Shown in pieces: positions 59,400-64,000 of a DNA stretch of 64,000 nt. The stretch's first letter is position 1. The number at the start of each line of letters is the position of its first letter. The notes under the pieces were generated by a model, which was not told where the DNA came from, did no database searches, and saw nothing but the letters and a program-made list of their open reading frames with translations. Origin of the DNA: Sminthopsis crassicaudata (taxonomy: Eukaryota); NCBI RefSeq assembly GCF_048593235.1, contig NC_133619.1:651598558-651662557 (forward strand). Direction: 5' to 3'. The position numbers were made by a program, and so were the translations under genes.

Positions 59400-60650
59400 T
59401 CCAACATTTGTCATTTTCCTCTTTTGGCTAGTCAGATAGGTATAAGAGAAAACCTCAAAAATGGTTTAGTTTGTATTTCTCTGTTAATGAAATAGAGTAT
59501 TTTTTTCACGTGCTTGTTGTATGTTTCTTCATACCCTTTAATCAAATATCTATTGGGGAATGGCTCTTATTTTTATAAACTGGAATCACTTCCGTATTTA
59601 TCTTGGATTTGAGACTTAGCAATGAAAGTTGCTACAGAAAATTTTTTCAGGTTACCTATTTCCTATTTTACCTATTATAAATTTCCTATTTACCTATTAT
59701 AATTTTACCTATTATATTATATTATAATTGACCTATTATAACTTTAACCAATAGTTTTATTTGGGTAAAATATGTTAATTTTATAAAAGAAAAGAAAATT
59801 TCTCTTTTGCAATCCCCTATCCCTTGGTTGGTCATAGACTTTTCCGCTAACCATAAGGGAAGTTTTAAGTGCCTCACCTTTTTGACTGACAGGAGGGAGG
59901 GAGCATGATTTATTTTCAGTTTTGTGGATTCATAGTTTATCATTACCTTCATCGATATATTCTTATAATGTTGGAGTCACTGTGGTTTATTCTGGTTCTG
60001 TTCACTTCATTCTGCATCAGCTCAGAGAGATCTTTCTACTTTCCTTTGAAATGATCAATTTCATCATTTCTGAGGGCACAATGATATTTTTAAAAATTTT
60101 AATAATACTTTTTATTTTTAAAAATATATGCCAAGATGGTTTTCAACATTCACCTTTGCAAAACCTTGCATTGCAAATTTTTCTCCCTCCCTTCCTCCTA
60201 CCTACTCTCCTTGCTGAGGCAGCAAGTAATCCAATATAAGTTAAACATGCAAATTCTTCCACATTTATCATACTGTGGGAGGAAAATCAGATCAAAAAGG
60301 AAAAAGAAATGAAAAAGAAAGCAACAATAATCAAAAAAAGTGAAAATTCTCTGTTGTGATCAGTCCCCAGAGTCCCCTCTCTGGATGCAGGTGGCTCTCT
60401 CCATCACAAGTCTATTGGAATTACTCTGAATCACCTCATTGTTGACAAGAGCCGGGACCATTACAGTTGATCATCTCACAATCTTGTTGTTGCTGTGTAC
60501 AACATTCTCTTGGTTCCACTCACTTCACTGAGCATCAGTCACGTCAGTCTCTCCAGCCTCTCTGAAATCCTCCTGCTGATTGTTTTTGTGTAGAACATTC
60601 ATAAACCACAACTTAGTCAGCCGCTCTCTAACTGATGGGCACCCACTCAG
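59400..60650 (-). mobile_element. Antisense LINE-1 fragments (ORF2 end and 3' UTR)
   Basis: ttttcaacattcacctttgcaaaaccttg...cagcaagtaatccaatataagttaaacatg...ttacagttgatcatc are typical marsupial L1 3' UTR in antisense. Confidence 0.75.
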
Positions 60651-60811
60651 TGCAATAATATTTCATGACATGCTCCTATCAGAGTCTGATTAGCCTTTCC
60701 CTAGTAGATGGGCAGCCCTTAGTGACTACAGAATGAGCTGCTATAAATATATTTAGAGTTTTTCTTCCTTCTTTCTTTGCCTTCTTCAAGACTTAGGCCA
60801 ATTCCTGATTT

Positions 60812-61305
60812 CTAAAATATAGAGAGAATTGACTCAAATTTATAAGAATGCAAGCCATTGGGGCAGCTAGGTGCCACAGTGGATAGAGCATCAGCCCTGA
60901 AATCAGGAGGACCTGAGTTCAAATCTGAAATCAGACACTTAACACTTCCTAGCTGTGTGACCCTGGGCAAGTCACTTAACTCCAATTGCCTCAGCAAAAA
61001 AAAAAAAAAAAAAAATACAAGCCATTCTCCAATTGATAAATAGTCAAAGGATAGGAATAGACAGTTTTCAGATGGAGAAATTAAAGCCATTCTTATTCAT
61101 ATGAAAAAATGCTCTAAATCACTAATAATTAGAGAAATGCAAATTAAGACAACTCTGAGATACCACTTCACACCTCTCAGATTGGTTAAGATGACGACAG
61201 GAAAGAATAATGATAAATGTTGGAGGGGAGGTGGGAAAAGTGAGACACTGATACATTGTTGGTGGAGTTGTGAACTGATCCAACCATTCTGGAGAGGGAT
61301 TTTAG
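60812..61305 (+). mobile_element. LINE-1 ORF2 fragment hosting a SINE insertion
   Basis: ORF 61101..61316 MKKCSKSLIIREMQIKTTLRYHFTPLRL...KCWRGGGKSETLIHCWW is the L1 ORF2 C-terminal region. Confidence 0.9.
60860..61013 (+). mobile_element. Full-length WSINE1-like SINE with target-site duplication
   Basis: ggggcagctaggtgccacagtggatagagc (A-box)...ggacctgagttcaaatc (B-box)...poly(A); 13-bp TSD aat(g/a)caagccatt at 60847-60859 and 61014-61026. A more decayed copy lies at about 61760-61880. Confidence 0.92.
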
Positions 61306-61319
61306 TGGGAATTTAGACT

Positions 61320-62460
61320 TGTTTAAAACATGTTTTATTTTTCTAAATACATGCAAAGATAATTTTCAACATTTATCTTTGCAAAACCTTGTGCTCCAAA
61401 TTTTTCTCCCTTTCCCAAGGCAGCAAGCAATCCAATATAGTTTAAACATGTGTGACTCTTAGTAAATTTCCATATTGATCATGCTGCACAAGAAAAATCA
61501 GGTCAAAAGTAAAAAAAAAAAATGCATTTCTCTATTAATGAAATGGTGCACTTTCCCATTGTTGTATGTTTACTCATACCCTTTAACCAAATCTCTATCG
61601 GCAAATGCCTCTTATTCTTATCAATCTGAATCACTTCCATATTTGTTTTGGGGATGAGACTTATCAAAGAAACTTGCTGCAGAGAATTTTTTCAGATTAC
61701 CTATTTCCGTCATAACTTTAACCAATAGTTGTGTTGTGCAAAACCTTTTTAATTTTCTAGAGGGCACAGTGGGTAGAGCACAGCCCCTGAAGTCGGATAA
61801 ACTCAAATCCAGCCTAGACACTAAACACTTAACAGCTGTGTGACCCTGGACAAGTCAACTAACCCCAAATGCCTCACCTCCCAAAAATTGTTTTTAAATT
61901 TTTTTTTTTTTGTTCTGCAATCCTTTATCCCTTAGTTGGTCATGAACTTTTCCCCTATCCATAGATCTTACTGAGAATTTCTTCTTTGCCCTTCTAATTT
62001 ACTTATGACACCACCTTTTTATGTCTAAGGCTCATGCCCATATAGAGTTACCTTAGCATATGGAATGAGGAGTTGATTTATACTTAGTTTACACCAAACT
62101 ACTTATCAGTTTTCCCAGCACTTATTTTCAAATAGTGAGCCCTTTCCTCAAAATGTTTTAGGATCTTTGGGTTGATTGTGGAAAATATGACTGTGTTATT
62201 GCATGTTATGTTCCTCTCTGTTCTAGTGATCAACTTCTCCATTTTTCAAGCAGAAGCTAATAAACTGAATGATCATTGCTTTGCAGTAGAATTTGTGACA
62301 ATATACCTACTTAATAAATTACTTCCTTTGAGATTCCTTTTGTTCCTCTCTCTGAATTTCACTTCTAAAATTTTTAGTTCTATAAAAATAATTCATTGGC
62401 AGTTTAGAAGAACGTTAACTAAATATATTTAGGTAGTAATGTAATTTTTATTATACTGGT
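61320..62460 (-). mobile_element. Antisense LINE-1 fragments
   Basis: L1 3' UTR motif (tttcaacatttatctttgcaaaaccttg) followed by antisense ORF2-like sequence (ttatcagttttcccagcac...tcaaatagtgag). Confidence 0.7.
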
Positions 62461-62557
62461 TCTAGCTACCCATGCATTTTTAATTCGATTTATGGCATTT
62501 CTGGATGTCTCCTAGTAATTACATTCCTAAATATTTTTATATATTCTGTAGTTATTT

Positions 62558-62735
62558 GCGGCAGCTATGTGGGACAATAGCTAGAACACCAGACCTGTAG
62601 TCAGGAAAATTTGAGTTCAAATCCAGCTTCAGATGTTTATTATCTGCATGAATTATTGGAACAAATCTTTAACCTCTTTTGCCTCAGTCTCCTATCTGTA
62701 AAATGGGAACCCACTGGAGAACAAAATGGCAAATC
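62558..62735 (+). mobile_element. CORE-SINE (Mar1/MIR-like)
   Basis: ggcagctatgtggg...gagttcaaatccagcttcaga...tgcctcagtctcctatctgtaaaatggg...aaaatggcaaatcactctag. Confidence 0.75.
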
Positions 62736-62759
62736 ACTCTAGGATTTTGTTTATGCTTC

Positions 62760-64000
62760 ATGAAGAGAAAAGACAAGTGAATGACAAGAAAAAAGTTATT
62801 TGGAATGGAATTTCTCTTACTAGCTCTTTCTGTTGAATTTTGTTGATAATATATAAGAATGCTGATGATTGATGGGAAATTGTTTTTTATCCTGAAACTA
62901 TTGTCCATTGTTGCAATTGATTTTTTAGTTGACCCTTTCAAGATTTCTTTGTAAATTATCCTAACATCTGCAAAAAGTGACATTTGTTTCTTCTTTGCTT
63001 CAGCTAAATACTGTTGGTGATGAGAGACTCTTTGCTTTACTCTTGATCATGCTGGAAAGATCTCTGATTTTCCTCTATTATATATAATGTTTGCTCTTGG
63101 GTTTATTACTCTGCATTTATTATTCTGCTTTCCAGAGTTTTTTTTTTTTTAAACAAGACCAGGTATTGGACTTTTTCAAAATCCTTCTTTGCAGCTATTG
63201 ATATGATTGTGTAGTTTTTATTATTTGTACTAATATGATTTGTTACTTTTCAGTCTTCCTTTTTGATTTACATGCATTATATTTCTACTAAATAATACGT
63301 TTATATAAGAACATATGTTTAAATAAAAATATGAACTAATATTATTTACGTATTATATAGCATTTTATAAAAAGATTGTGCTTATTTAAATTTAAATTTA
63401 TATAATATCAAAATGTTATTTTAGATAATATACAGTATTTATAGTATTTAATATATGTATAGTATTTAATGTATTTATTGAAGAATATTTATATCAACCT
63501 CCACTTTGAGTTTGTTACATAAAACCAACATGGTCGTAGTATAGAATCTTTCTAGCATTGTTAAAGATTATTTGCTAATATTTCATTTAAAATGTCTGGA
63601 TCAGTGTCCATTAGGAATATTGGTCTAAATTTCCTTACTTTATATTGTCACTCCCAGTTTAAGTGTCAAGAGCATATTTGCCTTCTAAAAGGAGACTGTA
63701 ACTATTTCTTTTCCTATTATTATTATTTTTAAATTTTTTATTTTATTTTATAATTATAACATTTTTTGACAGTACATATGCATGGGTAATTTTTTACAAC
63801 ATTATCCCTTGCACTTACTTCTATTCAGATTTTTTCCCTTCCTCCCCCAACCCCCTCCCCCAGATGGCAAGCAGTCTTATATATGTTAAATATATTACAG
63901 TATAATTTAGATACAATATATGTGTGTAGAACCGAATTTTTTGTTGCACAGGAAGAATTGGATTCAGAAGGTAAAAATAACAGTTTACATTCATTTCCCA
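62760..64000 (-). mobile_element. Antisense LINE-1 RT fragment and 3' UTR fragment
   Basis: ORF 62684..62983 SLFADVRIIYKEILKGSTKK is a decayed L1 RT motif (SLFADDMIVYLE...STKK); L1 3' UTR with T-rich tail at about 63720-64000. Confidence 0.75.

Overview
Mammalian genomic DNA, most likely an Australian marsupial (inferred from WSINE1-type SINEs and marsupial-type L1 3' ends). The window is syntenic with the human 19q13.33 cluster LIN7B-PPFIA3-HRC-TRPM4. Four protein-coding genes could be reconstructed exon by exon with GT-AG splice sites: TRPM4 (-, 25 coding exons, 1225 aa), HRC (+, 6 exons, about 523 aa but with an apparent 1-nt frameshift early in exon 1), PPFIA3/liprin-alpha3 (-, 28 coding exons, 1212 aa) and LIN7B (-, 6 exons, 207 aa). 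The very GC-rich core (about 4.7-57 kb) is flanked by AT-rich L1/L2/SINE-dense DNA and is unusually full of GC-rich minisatellites, seven of them in or just upstream of TRPM4. Most long entries in the ORF track are artefacts of these repeats. The most interesting unexplained signals are: a coherent 4-exon candidate transcript just downstream of TRPM4, with one intron consisting almost entirely of a VNTR made of copies of its own splice donor; a TRPM4 intron VNTR made of GT-to-GG inactivated donor copies; a tandemly amplified module just upstream of the TRPM4 ATG; the HRC frameshift and a His-poor, Trp-repeat HRC; and back-to-back poly(A) signals shared by HRC and PPFIA3. All calls were made by eye without database searches, so repeat boundaries are approximate.
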